This document shows, in pieces, positions 29,065 to 39,733 of a stretch of 64,000 nt of DNA. Under the pieces are notes generated by a model. That model did no database searches, was not told the DNA's origin, and saw nothing but the letters and a program-made list of their open reading frames with translations. This DNA comes from Treponemataceae bacterium (GTDB lineage Bacteria > Spirochaetota > Spirochaetia > Treponematales > Rectinemataceae): positions 992,001 to 1,056,000 of the forward strand of contig CAXXVZ010000003.1 of NCBI GenBank assembly GCA_963678065.2. Direction: 5' to 3'. A program made the position numbers and the translations under genes. The first letter of the stretch is position 1. Each line of letters opens with the position of its first letter.

Positions 29065-30867
29065 ATGCCCAGGCCCCTCCCCGAAAATCGAATCCTCGCC
29101 TACTTCCAGAGTGAAAAAAAACTGGCGGCGATCGGCTTCTCCTCGATGCTGGCCGTCACGGCCGGCCAGCTCGCGGGTCCACTCATACTCAAGTCCATCA
29201 TAGACGAATCGATCCCGGCCAAGGACGTCAGCGGACTACTCGTGCGCGCCTTCGGCTACCTCGGAATCGTGGCGGCCATAGGCGTCCTCGGCTATGTCCA
29301 GAACATGAGCATCGCGAAGCTCGGCCTCGACATCGTGACATCGATAAAAAAATCATTGTTCGGCCACCTTCTGACTCTGCCAGTCTCCTGGTTCGACGCT
29401 CATCCCGTGGGCGAACTCATATCGCGGACGGAGAGCGACACGGAAAAGCTGCGCGAGTTCTTTTCCCGGACCGGAATATCGCTCGCCGCCAACCTCCTCT
29501 TTTTCGGCGGCATGATGACGGTCTGCTTCTTTCTCGAACCAGGGATAACGCTCTGGATCACCGCGGCGATGCCGGTTCTCGTCTTTTTCGTTTTCTTTTT
29601 TTTCGACAAATTGAGAGTCCGCTACGAGAGGACCAGGTCGCTGTACGCGATGATCTCGTCCATGGTCGCCGAATTCGTCCAGGGTATAGAGGTCCTCGTG
29701 GCATTCGGAAGAAGGGCATGGGCGGCGGATAAACTCGACGGGGCGGCGAAAAAAAAGCGCGACAACGATGTGTACACCTATCTCCTCGAACGGATCGCGA
29801 TGAGCGCCCTGGGATTCTTCATGGGTCCGCTCTTCATCTTCCTCGTCGTGCGCTCGCTCGCTCCCCGCATACTCGCCGGAACGATATCGCTCGGAACCCT
29901 CCTCGTCTTCATCGATTACGGCCGCAGGCTTTTCGAGCCCCTCATGGAAATCGCCGAGAATATACGGGGCATCCAGCAGGCGAGAGTCTCGCTGAGGCGG
30001 GTCTTCGGCATTCTCGACCTTCCCCCGGAAAGTAAAGGCTCGGGGCTTCTCCCCGGCCCGGGCTGCGCCATCGAGTTCCGGAATGTCTGGTTCCGGTATA
30101 AAGACGACTGGGTACTTGAAGATGTGTCTTTTTTCATACCTTCCGGCCGCATGACCGCCCTCGTCGGTCCCTCCGGATCGGGGAAATCGACGACGATAGG
30201 GCTCTTGTGCCGCTTCTATACGCCCGAGAGAGGTGAAATCCTGGTGGATGGAGTCCCTCTCGGCGATCTCGACCTCGCTTCCTGGCGGCGCATGGTCGGC
30301 CTCGTCCTCCAGGATGTCTACCTCTTCCCTGGCCCCGTCCTCGAAAATGTGCGGATCTACGACTCCGGCGTGGACGAAGACCGCGTGCGGCGCGCCCTCG
30401 ATCTCGTCCAGGCCACGGACTTCGTGGAGGCCATGCCCGGAGGACTCGCGACCGAGCTCCGGGAGCGGGGGTCCAACATCTCTTCGGGTGAAAAACAGCT
30501 TTTGTCCTTCGCGAGGGCTCTGGCCGTCGACCCCCCGATAGTCGTGCTGGACGAGGCGACGGCGAGCGTCGACGTGGTGACGGAAAATCGCATCCGCGGG
30601 GCCATGGGCGGCATGCTCGCGGGCCGCACATCGGTCGTCGTCGCGCACAGACTTTCGAGCGTGCTCGGCGCGGAGCAGATCCTCTACTTCGAGAGAGGAA
30701 AAATCATCGCGAGAGGAACGCACGGCAGCCTCATGCAGGACTGCCCCGAGTACGCGCGCCTCGTGCGCCTGCAGTTTCCCGACTCCGAAGAGCTCCAGGC
30801 TGAGCCAGGCGGGAAGCCAGATGCCGGGAACGGAATTGGAATTGCTGGCTCCGCTCGCGAGACTTAA
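29065..30867 (+). CDS. ABC exporter, permease plus ATPase (heterodimer subunit)
   Basis: 6-TM domain, GPSGSGKST, ISSGEKQ, LDEATAS, AHRLS. Confidence 0.92.
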   Translation: MPRPLPENRILAYFQSEKKLAAIGFSSMLAVTAGQLAGPLILKSIIDESIPAKDVSGLLVRAFGYLGIVAAIGVLGYVQNMSIAKLGLDIVTSIKKSLFGHLLTLPVSWFDAHPVGELISRTESDTEKLREFFSRTGISLAANLLFFGGMMTVCFFLEPGITLWITAAMPVLVFFVFFFFDKLRVRYERTRSLYAMISSMVAEFVQGIEVLVAFGRRAWAADKLDGAAKKKRDNDVYTYLLERIAMSALGFFMGPLFIFLVVRSLAPRILAGTISLGTLLVFIDYGRRLFEPLMEIAENIRGIQQARVSLRRVFGILDLPPESKGSGLLPGPGCAIEFRNVWFRYKDDWVLEDVSFFIPSGRMTALVGPSGSGKSTTIGLLCRFYTPERGEILVDGVPLGDLDLASWRRMVGLVLQDVYLFPGPVLENVRIYDSGVDEDRVRRALDLVQATDFVEAMPGGLATELRERGSNISSGEKQLLSFARALAVDPPIVVLDEATASVDVVTENRIRGAMGGMLAGRTSVVVAHRLSSVLGAEQILYFERGKIIARGTHGSLMQDCPEYARLVRLQFPDSEELQAEPGGKPDAGNGIGIAGSARET

Positions 30868-30876
30868 GGGAGCGGC

Positions 30877-32673
30877 ATGAAAAAGACATCCCAAAAGACA
30901 TCCCACCTGTCCTGGATTCTCAAAATATGGAGGGAAAGGATCTGGCTCATCGCCCTCCTTCTCGTCCTCACCCTGCTCTCGAGCGCCGTGGCCGTCCTCT
31001 ATCCCTACATCGCGAAGCTCATCCTCGATTCCCTCCAGAGCACGCTCGCGAAGGGCACAGGCGGCAGTCAGGCGATGGGAGAGATCGCTCGGCTCACCCT
31101 CATCCTCCTCGCCGTCGGGGCGGGAGGCTTCGTCTCCGACCTCTTCCCCGGCATACGGGCGGCGACGAACACCATCTTCGACTACCTCCTCCGCAAACGC
31201 TACTTCGAGGCCGTCCTCTCCAAAGATTACCGCTTCTTCTCCGCCTTCCGCTCGGGCGACATCCTCACGCGCCTGACCGAGGACGTCTCGGACAACGGGC
31301 GGCTCGCCTGGTTCCTCTGTTCCGGCATCTTCCGCGCCGTCGAGGCCTTCTCCAAGATCGCCTTCTGCCTGGGTGCCATGTTTCTCCTCAACCCGAGCCT
31401 CACCCTCCTCTCGCTCATCCCGGTTCCCCTCATGATCGGCGTATTCTGGTACGCCCAGAACCGGATCTACGACTCGTACAGGCGCAACCAGGAGGCCATT
31501 TCGGATGTCAACAACCAGCTCGAGATGAGCTTCGCGGGGGCCAGGATCATCAAGGCCTACGCCTGCGAGGAGAAATACGGGCGATTCTTCGACGCGGCAC
31601 TCGCGCGGCGCTACGCCACCGAGATGAGCGTCGCGAAGCTCGACTCGGTCATGCGCCTCATCTATCAGTACATAGAGTACTTCGCCCAGATCGGGATCAT
31701 CTTCGCGGGCGGCTACATGGCTGTGAAGGGAAGCATAGGGATCGGCACATTCTACGCCTTCTACAACTACCTCGGCATGCTGATCTACCCGATGCTCGAC
31801 ATACCCCAGCTTCTCATTTCGGGCAAGAGATCCTTCGCCAACATCGACAGGCTCGAGGAAATCGGCGACTATCCATCCGAACGCTCGGAAGGCTCCGTCC
31901 TGCCTGCGCGGGCTCAGGCGGGAAGCGTGGAGCTGAAAAATCTCTGTTTCAGCTATCCGGGGAAGGAGGGCCACACCCTCGACTCGATTTCGTTTTCCGT
32001 CGGCAGAGGCGAGAAGATCGCCGTCATAGGCCCCGTCGGCTGCGGTAAATCGACACTGATGAAGATCCTCTGCGGGGTCCTCTACCGCGATTCCGGCGAA
32101 CTCCGCTTAGGCGCCGTCGGAATGCCGCGGGCGATTCCCGAAGAAGCCGCGGCCGACATGGGCTACGTGCCGCAGGAGCCCCTGCTCTTCTCGGGAACAG
32201 TCAGGGAGAACATGGCCTTCGGCAGTCCGGGCGCGGGACTCTCCATCGCGGAAGAAAAGCTCTGGGCCGTCCTCGGGATAGCCCAGATCGACGCGGAGGT
32301 GAGGCTCATGCCCGCGGGCGCGGATTCGGTGCTCGGGCAGAGGGGATCAAATGTCTCAGGGGGACAGAAGCAGAGGCTCGCGATAGCGCGCGCCCTCGCG
32401 CGGGAGCCGAAGATCCTCCTTTTGGACGACATCACGGCGAGCCTCGATGCGGGCAACGAGGAGCGGCTCATGGCCGCCCTCTCGGCCTGGTCGCGCGACC
32501 TCACCTGCTTCATCGTGTCGCACCGGCTCTCCACTCTGCAACACGTGGACAGGATCATGTTCATGGATTCCGGCAGAATCGTCGGCTTCGGACGACACGA
32601 GGAACTCATGTCCTCGACCCCAGCCTACGCCGCCTTCATCGCGGAGCACGTGGGTGCGGCACAGGGGAGTTGA
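30877..32673 (+). CDS. ABC exporter, permease plus ATPase (heterodimer subunit with degenerate Walker B)
   Basis: GPVGCGKST, VSGGQKQR, LLLDDIT (Asp for catalytic Glu), SHRLS. Confidence 0.92.
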   Translation: MKKTSQKTSHLSWILKIWRERIWLIALLLVLTLLSSAVAVLYPYIAKLILDSLQSTLAKGTGGSQAMGEIARLTLILLAVGAGGFVSDLFPGIRAATNTIFDYLLRKRYFEAVLSKDYRFFSAFRSGDILTRLTEDVSDNGRLAWFLCSGIFRAVEAFSKIAFCLGAMFLLNPSLTLLSLIPVPLMIGVFWYAQNRIYDSYRRNQEAISDVNNQLEMSFAGARIIKAYACEEKYGRFFDAALARRYATEMSVAKLDSVMRLIYQYIEYFAQIGIIFAGGYMAVKGSIGIGTFYAFYNYLGMLIYPMLDIPQLLISGKRSFANIDRLEEIGDYPSERSEGSVLPARAQAGSVELKNLCFSYPGKEGHTLDSISFSVGRGEKIAVIGPVGCGKSTLMKILCGVLYRDSGELRLGAVGMPRAIPEEAAADMGYVPQEPLLFSGTVRENMAFGSPGAGLSIAEEKLWAVLGIAQIDAEVRLMPAGADSVLGQRGSNVSGGQKQRLAIARALAREPKILLLDDITASLDAGNEERLMAALSAWSRDLTCFIVSHRLSTLQHVDRIMFMDSGRIVGFGRHEELMSSTPAYAAFIAEHVGAAQGS

Positions 32674-32714
32674 TTGCGTGTAGGTATTCCCCTTGAGAGA
32701 AATGCAAGTCGACA

Positions 32715-33527
32715 TCAGCCCAGGGCTACATCCAAGAACATCATGAGGGCAAATCCGGCCATGGCTCCCATCGTCGAAATATCCGAGTTGCCCGAGGACT
32801 GGGATTCGGGGATCACTTCCTCCACTACGACATAAATCATGGCGCCCGCGGCAAAGGCGAGGGCGTAGGGCAGGATGGGCTGCATCGCGATGACAAGGAT
32901 GGCTCCCAGGACGCCCGCCACGGGCTCGACGAGACCCGAGGCCTGGCCGTAAAGAAAGCTCTTCGTGCGGGAAAGTCCTTCCCTCCGCAGAGGGATGGAA
33001 ACCGCGGCGCCCTCGGGAAAATTCTGCAGACCTATTCCGAGGGCCAGGGCGACGGCTCCCGCGAAAGTGGCCGACTCGAGTCCGGCTCCCAGTGCCCCGA
33101 ATCCGACGCCGACAGCGAGGCCCTCGGGAATGTTGTGCAAGGTGATCGCGAGCACGAGGAGGACGCTCCTCTTGAGCGAAGTCTTGGGTCCCTCCGCCTT
33201 GTCGATATCGAGGCCGATGTGGAGGTGGGGAAGAACCTTGTCAACAACCTTGAGGAATACTCCACCCGCGAGGAATCCGACGAGGGCCGGCAGCCAGGAG
33301 GGGAGGCCCATCGATTCGGCCATCTCGATGCTGGGAGCGAGCAGAGACCAGAAGCTGGCCGCGATCATGACTCCTCCCGCGAAACCGAGCATGCCATCCA
33401 GGACTTTGCGGTTGATGCTCTTGAAGAAGAAGACCATGGCTGCGCCAAGGGCCGTGATGCCCCAGGTGAAGAGGGTGGCGATAAAAGCCTGGCCGACAGG
33501 GGATATCCTCAGCATAAAGTCGAACAT
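32715..33527 (-). CDS. ZIP family divalent metal transporter (ZupT/GufA-like)
   Basis: [33 protein letters not shown]. Confidence 0.95.
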   Translation of the reverse strand: MFDFMLRISPVGQAFIATLFTWGITALGAAMVFFFKSINRKVLDGMLGFAGGVMIAASFWSLLAPSIEMAESMGLPSWLPALVGFLAGGVFLKVVDKVLPHLHIGLDIDKAEGPKTSLKRSVLLVLAITLHNIPEGLAVGVGFGALGAGLESATFAGAVALALGIGLQNFPEGAAVSIPLRREGLSRTKSFLYGQASGLVEPVAGVLGAILVIAMQPILPYALAFAAGAMIYVVVEEVIPESQSSGNSDISTMGAMAGFALMMFLDVALG

Positions 33528-33681
33528 ACGGGGAATTTAATGCTTTCAAAAGCCCCATTCAAGCTTCTTTCGTCGAGAAGAATCGCAGGATGGGGCGATA
33601 CCGGCCGGATGCCTTGAGCGAGCCTTGAGAATCGCGGCGAACTTTGACACAATGACGGGACAGAACTGCAAGGAGTCGGCC

Positions 33682-35142
33682 GTGCCACATTCCGCGACGG
33701 ATTTTACCAGCCTGGGAGGCGTGAAGGTCACCATAATGGGACTCGGACTCCACGGGGGAGGCCTCGAGAGCGCCAGGTTCTTCGCCCGCAGAGGCGCATC
33801 GGTGACGGTCACCGACATGAGAGACGAGAAGACGCTCGCACCCTCCATCGAGGCCCTCGCCGGGCTCCCTGTCCGCTACGTCCTCGGCCGCCACGAGATG
33901 GTCGATTTCTCGGGCGCCGACATAGTCGTCAAGAATCCGGCGGTCAAGTCCGATTCCCCCTATCTCTCTGCCGCGCACAGGGTCGAGACGGATATCTCTG
34001 TCTTCCTCGCCATTTCGAACTCCCCCCTTGTGGCCGTAACCGGATCGAAGGGCAAGTCCTCCACGGCCAGCGCAATCTACCACGGATTCGGCGCGGCGGG
34101 GATTTCCGCCTTCCTCGGGGGGAACATCACCGTCTCCCCTCTCACCTTCGTCGAGGAGACCAGCACCGACAGGCCTGTCGTTCTGGAGCTCTCCTCATGG
34201 CAGCTGGCCGACATACGGGGGCTCGGAGTCCTGAAACCGAAGGTGGCCCTGCTCACCTCCATAATGCCCGACCACATGAACCGCTACTCATCGATGGATG
34301 AATACGTCGCCGACAAGAGGCTCATCTACGCCGACCAGGACTGCAGCACGTTCACGGTCTGCAACCGCGACCAGGACTGGGGCCGCTCCTTCGCGTCGGA
34401 AACCCGCGGAAAGGTCCTCTGGTACTCGGAAACGGAGACGGGGCTTCCGGGAGCCTGGCTGGAACCGGCAGAGGGCGCTCCCGCGAGAGGCAGGCGAGGT
34501 TATTTCGCCTTTCCCGAAGACAGGGCCGGAGCCCCGGCAAATCCCGAGGAGATTCTCCCCTCGGAGCTCCTCGTGCAGGGCATCCACCAGAGGAAAAACC
34601 TGCTGGCCGCGGCCTGTGCGCTTCGCGCCATGGGCGTCGATCCGGAGGCCATACGCGGCGGCATGGCCTCCTTCCCCGGTGTGGAGCACCGCATGGAGTT
34701 TTTCGCCGAATCGGCGGGCGTGCGCTGGTACAACGATTCGGCCGCCACGATCCCTCAGGCAGTCGCGGCCGCCCTCCTGAGTTTCGACGAGCCGCCCGTC
34801 CTCATAACCGGCGGAACCGACAAGAACCTCGATTTCGAGCCGGTCCGGAAAGAGTACACCAGGGCGAAATCCATCATCCTCCTCGCGGGAACGGGAACGG
34901 AGAAGCTCCGGACCCTTCTCGACGAAGACGGCCTTCGCTATCGCGGTCCCTTCGCGGATCTCGATGCCGCCGTCGAGTCCGCCGCCAACGATGCCCGGCC
35001 CGGCGATTCCGTCATCCTCTCGCCCGGCTGCACGTCTTTCGGGATGTTCCTCCACGAGTTCGACAGGGGGCGGAAATTCAAGGAATCGGCCCTGCGCGCG
35101 ATGCGAATGCGCGAAAGCGCAAATCAGAAAATGCCGATATGA
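33682..35142 (+). CDS. murD: UDP-N-acetylmuramoyl-L-alanine--D-glutamate ligase
   Basis: MGLGLHGGG, VTGSKGKSST, LELSSWQL, PDHMNRY, HRME, NDSAAT, LSPGCTS; SD AAGGAG. Confidence 0.95.
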   Translation: MPHSATDFTSLGGVKVTIMGLGLHGGGLESARFFARRGASVTVTDMRDEKTLAPSIEALAGLPVRYVLGRHEMVDFSGADIVVKNPAVKSDSPYLSAAHRVETDISVFLAISNSPLVAVTGSKGKSSTASAIYHGFGAAGISAFLGGNITVSPLTFVEETSTDRPVVLELSSWQLADIRGLGVLKPKVALLTSIMPDHMNRYSSMDEYVADKRLIYADQDCSTFTVCNRDQDWGRSFASETRGKVLWYSETETGLPGAWLEPAEGAPARGRRGYFAFPEDRAGAPANPEEILPSELLVQGIHQRKNLLAAACALRAMGVDPEAIRGGMASFPGVEHRMEFFAESAGVRWYNDSAATIPQAVAAALLSFDEPPVLITGGTDKNLDFEPVRKEYTRAKSIILLAGTGTEKLRTLLDEDGLRYRGPFADLDAAVESAANDARPGDSVILSPGCTSFGMFLHEFDRGRKFKESALRAMRMRESANQKMPI

Positions 35143-35163
35143 TATAAAGATCAGGAAGGTGCC

Positions 35164-37044
35164 ATGAACAAGACAGTGCGTATCGCGTTGGCTGTGGTTT
35201 CAATTGTGCTGGCGGTGGCGGTGGCCCTGTCGGTCGTGCTCGGGATCGACGCGGCGGGCAAGGCCGGCAGAAATCTCGCCGAGACCGAGTTCGATCGCTT
35301 CACCAATACGCTCCGGGGGGTCAAGTCCCTCGACGAACTCAACGATCCTTTCCTGCGCGAGCGCCTTGTCGCCCTGTACAAAGGCTCGAAGCCCCTTCTC
35401 GCCGCCATGATCACGGACCAGGCCGGCCAGGTCGTGTGGCGGATCCCGGCGGAGACGCCCTATCTCTCCGCGGACAGATCGACCTTCGTCGGCCCGAAAA
35501 CGAGCACGACATCATATTCATCGCAGATCACGGGCAACATCAACCTCGTGGCGCTCTACACCACCCTGCCCCAGACGAAGATATTCTCGATTCTCCGCAG
35601 CGCACTCATCGTGCTCGGCGTGTATGTCCTGGCCGTCATCGTGTTTGTGCTCGTAATGTCGCTGCTGAAGCCTGAAACGAAGACGGTCCCGAGGTCCTAC
35701 GAGCAGCCCATCGTGAGACCAGGACCACCCACGCTCCGCGGAGAGAAGCCCCGCCCCGCCGCTGCGCCGGGTGGCGGTGGCACTGCGCGCGTCCAGACCG
35801 CGGCCACACCGAGGCCCAAGGTGAGCGATCTCGCCTCGTCGAGACTCGTCGCGGATGTGCCCCTGCAGACGAGCCAGTCGAAGGTGGCCGCCCTCGCCGG
35901 ACAGGGGCTGACGGGAAATGAAAGCCCGAAGACTGTCGCCTCTGCCCCCGGAACGCACGACATCGAATTCCCCGAGATGGAGAATTCCGCCGATTCCAAA
36001 TACCGGGCGATCATGTCAGGAACAGCCGCGGCGAGGCCCTCCCCTGACTCCGCGGCGCCGAGAATGGCGGGCCCCAAGCCCGCAGATGTCGGCCACGGCG
36101 CCGCAGGCGGGGAATCATCCGACGAATCTTTCCGGTCCCGCGTCTCGTCGGCGGAGGATACGGCCCGCGCCCTCGCCGAGTTCGAGGCATCGTACAAGGG
36201 GATCGACAGTGGCAGTCAGGCTCAGGCCGAAGCTTCAGCTTCATGGCAGGTCGAGGCTCCCCCCCGCACGGAGCCGAGAGCCGGCCCGTCTCCCTCAGCC
36301 TCCCCGCAGGCCGCTTCGGTTCCCGGAGCCGCCGGCAGGGCTGCGCCTGTCCCGACAACTTCAGGAATCCAGACTCCGGGCCAGAACTCCCAGTCGCAGT
36401 TCCGCGCCTTCCAGGGATGGGAAACCACAACGCAGCCAGCGCAGGGGGCAGGCAGCTTCCACGAGACGGCGATTCCCTCCGGCAGCGCGGGAAGCGGAGA
36501 GAGTATCCCCTCCGAATACACGCTTGGTCTGTATTCGCCGATTTCCGGTCTCGGCTGGGAGAGGAATCTGCCCGAGAAACTCGAAACGGAAATCGCCCGC
36601 TCACAGGCGGAGGGCGGGGACGTCTCCCTCCTCATGGTGTCGTTTGACGGCCTCACTTCGCGTGACCCGATGTACCCCGCCTTCACGGCATCGATAAAGG
36701 ACTATTTCAGCATCCGCGACCTTGCCTTCGAGTGCGGTCCCGGAGGTTTCGCACTCATTCTGCCCAATATCGACGTCAAGCGCGCGGTGCGCCTCACCGA
36801 AGATCTGCTCAAAAGCCTGAAATCCATGATCAGCCTTTACAGGGAGCCCTCTCCCTACCTGCCGCTCTATATGGGAATATCCGCTGTAGCCGGAAGGGCC
36901 GTGCCCGCCGGCAGGGTGATCAAGGAAGCGACCGCGGCCCTGCAGAAAGCGAGGACGGACCAGGATTCCCACATCGTCGCCTTCAATCCCGATCCTGCCC
37001 GGTACAAGAGGCGGACGGAAGGTTATGGAGCGGCGAATGCCTGA
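35164..37044 (+). CDS. membrane protein with long Pro/Ala/Ser linker and degenerate GGDEF-like domain
   Basis: Two TM segments, low-complexity linker, C-terminal LYSPISGL...FECGPGGFALILP...MGIS. Confidence 0.75.
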   Translation: MNKTVRIALAVVSIVLAVAVALSVVLGIDAAGKAGRNLAETEFDRFTNTLRGVKSLDELNDPFLRERLVALYKGSKPLLAAMITDQAGQVVWRIPAETPYLSADRSTFVGPKTSTTSYSSQITGNINLVALYTTLPQTKIFSILRSALIVLGVYVLAVIVFVLVMSLLKPETKTVPRSYEQPIVRPGPPTLRGEKPRPAAAPGGGGTARVQTAATPRPKVSDLASSRLVADVPLQTSQSKVAALAGQGLTGNESPKTVASAPGTHDIEFPEMENSADSKYRAIMSGTAAARPSPDSAAPRMAGPKPADVGHGAAGGESSDESFRSRVSSAEDTARALAEFEASYKGIDSGSQAQAEASASWQVEAPPRTEPRAGPSPSASPQAASVPGAAGRAAPVPTTSGIQTPGQNSQSQFRAFQGWETTTQPAQGAGSFHETAIPSGSAGSGESIPSEYTLGLYSPISGLGWERNLPEKLETEIARSQAEGGDVSLLMVSFDGLTSRDPMYPAFTASIKDYFSIRDLAFECGPGGFALILPNIDVKRAVRLTEDLLKSLKSMISLYREPSPYLPLYMGISAVAGRAVPAGRVIKEATAALQKARTDQDSHIVAFNPDPARYKRRTEGYGAANA

Positions 37045-37077
37045 TCCTGAGCGTTAGCGCCATTTTCCGGCAAACGG

Positions 37078-37110
37078 ACCGCCCCTGCGTCATAGCGGGG
37101 CGGTTTTTTA
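37078..37110 (+). terminator. rho-independent terminator
   Basis: ACCGCCCC...GGGGCGGT stem followed by TTTTT between convergent genes. Confidence 0.75.
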
Positions 37111-37121
37111 TGGAGTGGGGA

Positions 37122-38120
37122 TCAGGGAAGGATACCGGCGAGCGATTCGCGGGAAAGAAGATAGACCCATTTTCTGCCAGAAACCGCGGCCTCCAGCGGT
37201 GTAGAGCCTGAGCTTTCCGTCAGATCAACAGAGATGGTCGCCCCATCGCCGGAGCGCAGGATCAATCTGCCCGCCGGCTTCGCCTGCCCGCCTTGCGGCG
37301 GATGGGCTCCGTCGACCCCCACTCCGGCAAAACCCAAGGCTTCGAGCGAAAGGACGGACTTCACGATCCGGGCCGCAGCGGCCCTGCGGGTCTCTTTGCC
37401 CATGAGGGGTGGAAGGGCGCCGCCCGCGGTCTCCCGGAATTTCCATTCCGCGCCGTTGCGGGCAATCGAGTAGGAGGAAGCGCCATTTCCGCCTGGAATC
37501 ACGTCGAGGGATTGCAGGTCCGCGCCCGCGTGCGCCGCATCGAAGAGCATCAGGTCCAACCAGTCTTCCGCCTTCCTGCCGAGCCGGCGGAAGATGCCTG
37601 AATCGCCTCTCCAGGAGCTTGTCTCCCCAGCCCTGCGGAGATAGACCCGGTCTCCCGAGGAATCGGTGAAACCGAAGCAAAGGTCGACGAGGATTGTCCC
37701 GGCCGATCCTGCGGAGACTGGCTGGGCGCCGGGCGGACCCTTCACGGTCAGCTTCCAGGCATTGTCCTTGTCGAGGCCGAGTGCCCCCCAGGATTCCTTG
37801 CCGGAAGCCACTTTTTCAAGCCGGCGCGGGGCAGATAACTCCGCGAGGAGAGATTCGACCCTGCCACTCTGGGCCGGGAACTCTCTCCCCCAGGCAAAGA
37901 GGAACCAGCGTCCCTCCCTCCGGAGGAGCTCGGCCTCGTAGTCGTTCGTCGCGATCGATACGGAAGAGACCTGCGCCACCCTGTCCTTCCGGAGGAACTG
38001 AACCCGGAGGAAGGCTGAGGCTCCCGCTCCGGCTTCGGGGATGAGGAGGCCCGCGATGAAGAGAGCAGAGAGGGCGAGGATTATCCCCGCGAGTACGATG
38101 GTTTTTTTGTCTTTTTTCAC
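37122..38120 (-). CDS. DUF4340-domain protein (Gld-like ABC accessory)
   Basis: N-terminal TM; L.R..G.W, V..LL..L, LGLD, G.....G...YLR pattern; last gene of the Gld-like operon. Confidence 0.7.
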   Translation of the reverse strand: MKKDKKTIVLAGIILALSALFIAGLLIPEAGAGASAFLRVQFLRKDRVAQVSSVSIATNDYEAELLRREGRWFLFAWGREFPAQSGRVESLLAELSAPRRLEKVASGKESWGALGLDKDNAWKLTVKGPPGAQPVSAGSAGTILVDLCFGFTDSSGDRVYLRRAGETSSWRGDSGIFRRLGRKAEDWLDLMLFDAAHAGADLQSLDVIPGGNGASSYSIARNGAEWKFRETAGGALPPLMGKETRRAAAARIVKSVLSLEALGFAGVGVDGAHPPQGGQAKPAGRLILRSGDGATISVDLTESSGSTPLEAAVSGRKWVYLLSRESLAGILP

Positions 38121-39733
38121 GGTGCCGGAACCGCCGGCCGGGACGTCTTCCCCGCTCTTTCGGGTTTCTTCCGCATCCTTTTCCGTCCCGCCACATGGAT
38201 CATGCCGGCGATCACGATCCCCGCGGGTATGAAGAAGAGATTGATGAAATAGTTGGCGGAAATGAGCCGCCCGGCGCTTTCGGCGCTCTCCGCCCTGGAA
38301 AAACGCCTGTCCCGGACTTTCCGCGGCTTCAAGACTTCTGCGGAGCTTTTGCCGGAGCCTTCGTTCCCGGTCGCTGCAAAGAGCGTGCCGGGGACGAGGA
38401 GGTCGATGGCGCCAAGGACAAAGTCCGTGTTGAATGCGGAGCCCGTCATGGCCGAGAGATCGCTCGCGAAATCGGAGGACCCGACGACGATGAGGCGCGA
38501 AGGACCTGCGGCCCCGGGGATCCTCACCTGCGTGCTGGCGGCGAGCGTGTACTGCCCCACCGTGGCCTCCAGCTCGGCCTCGTAGCTGGACTCGGGGCCG
38601 GGGGCGACGACAAAATCCTTCGTCTGCAGCCAGGCTTTTTTCCCCGTCATGATAAGGGGGCGGAAATCCGTGCCCGGAACGCCGGATGACTCGAGGGGAC
38701 TGGGCCAGAAAAGGTCGAGCCCGCCGCTTTCCGGAACTAAACCTCCCGAGCGGTCGAGGTTCTCCGGACGGACCATAATCCAGTGCGGGTAGAGGAAATA
38801 GTCGACCTTCTCGTTTCCCGAGGCCCCGGCGCCCTGGAAGGGCACAGTGAGGGCGGAGCGGTCGAGCACGAGGCTTTTCCCGACCGCCACTCCGCAGGAG
38901 TACAGAAGATCGAGGATGGCTGTGTTTCCGAGGCGGACAGCGCGGACCTCGTCGCCCGCCTTGATATCCACACCTTTCACCGCGAAGAACGCGTTCCGGC
39001 CGGAAGAGAGCCAGTCCCGGACAGGCGCGGCTGCTGCCCCGCCCAGATCGGCGTTGCCGAGGACGAGGAGAAGGCTCGCGGACTCAGGAACCTTATCGCC
39101 CGGAGAGAGTTCGGCGATCTTCCAGAGATTGTTCTCCAGGGCCTTCCGGAGAAGCGAAAAATCATTGTCGAGCGACTTGCCCGCGTCGCCGACGAGGACG
39201 GCGAGAAGCGGATCGCTGCCCGCGATGAGAGCCTTCACCGTCCTCGCGATCATGTTTTCCAGATCGCCTGAGTCGACGATGAAAGGTATGACCCTGCTCC
39301 GGTCCAGGTATTCGATGAGGATGCCGGAATAGACCACGGCCTGCCGGCTCTGGTTCTTCTCGATGATGTTGATCTTGCCCGTGCCCATGCCGGCTTTCTC
39401 CGCCTCTCCGGGCCTCTGTGCGGGATCGACGACGTCGAGGCTTATCCTTCCCCCCGAAATGGCGGCGAGGTTCCTGAGATAATCTTCCACGAGACCGGGT
39501 CCGGGACTGCGCTGCGCGAGAATAGGCGAAACGTAATAGCTGATCCTGAGCTTCTCGGGGATCTCCCTGACGAGGGCGCGCGAGACCGGTCCGAGGGAAT
39601 TGGTCCTGTCGGAGCTGAGGTCAAGGCGCAGATGGAAACGGAGGGAGAGTCCGCAGACGAGGGCGACTGCCACGACGACGAGGACCGCCGCGAGTGCCCC
39701 CGGATCGGAGTGTCGCGTGCGCGTCGCGCTCAT
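38117..39733 (-). CDS. GldG-family ABC-associated periplasmic protein
   Basis: RLDLSSDRTNSL, VVDP, VYSGILIEY, RLIVVGSSDF, N.DFV..AID.L, C-terminal TM. Confidence 0.85.
   Translation of the reverse strand: MSATRTRHSDPGALAAVLVVVAVALVCGLSLRFHLRLDLSSDRTNSLGPVSRALVREIPEKLRISYYVSPILAQRSPGPGLVEDYLRNLAAISGGRISLDVVDPAQRPGEAEKAGMGTGKINIIEKNQSRQAVVYSGILIEYLDRSRVIPFIVDSGDLENMIARTVKALIAGSDPLLAVLVGDAGKSLDNDFSLLRKALENNLWKIAELSPGDKVPESASLLLVLGNADLGGAAAAPVRDWLSSGRNAFFAVKGVDIKAGDEVRAVRLGNTAILDLLYSCGVAVGKSLVLDRSALTVPFQGAGASGNEKVDYFLYPHWIMVRPENLDRSGGLVPESGGLDLFWPSPLESSGVPGTDFRPLIMTGKKAWLQTKDFVVAPGPESSYEAELEATVGQYTLAASTQVRIPGAAGPSRLIVVGSSDFASDLSAMTGSAFNTDFVLGAIDLLVPGTLFAATGNEGSGKSSAEVLKPRKVRDRRFSRAESAESAGRLISANYFINLFFIPAGIVIAGMIHVAGRKRMRKKPERAGKTSRPAVPAP

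Noticed and set aside
29353..31974. 873-aa minus-strand ORF, and similar long ORFs at 1383-2948, 3178-4923 and 23080-24624
   Set aside because: Antisense shadows of well-supported genes; high-GC codon bias keeps the opposite frame open and the translations have no recognisable motifs
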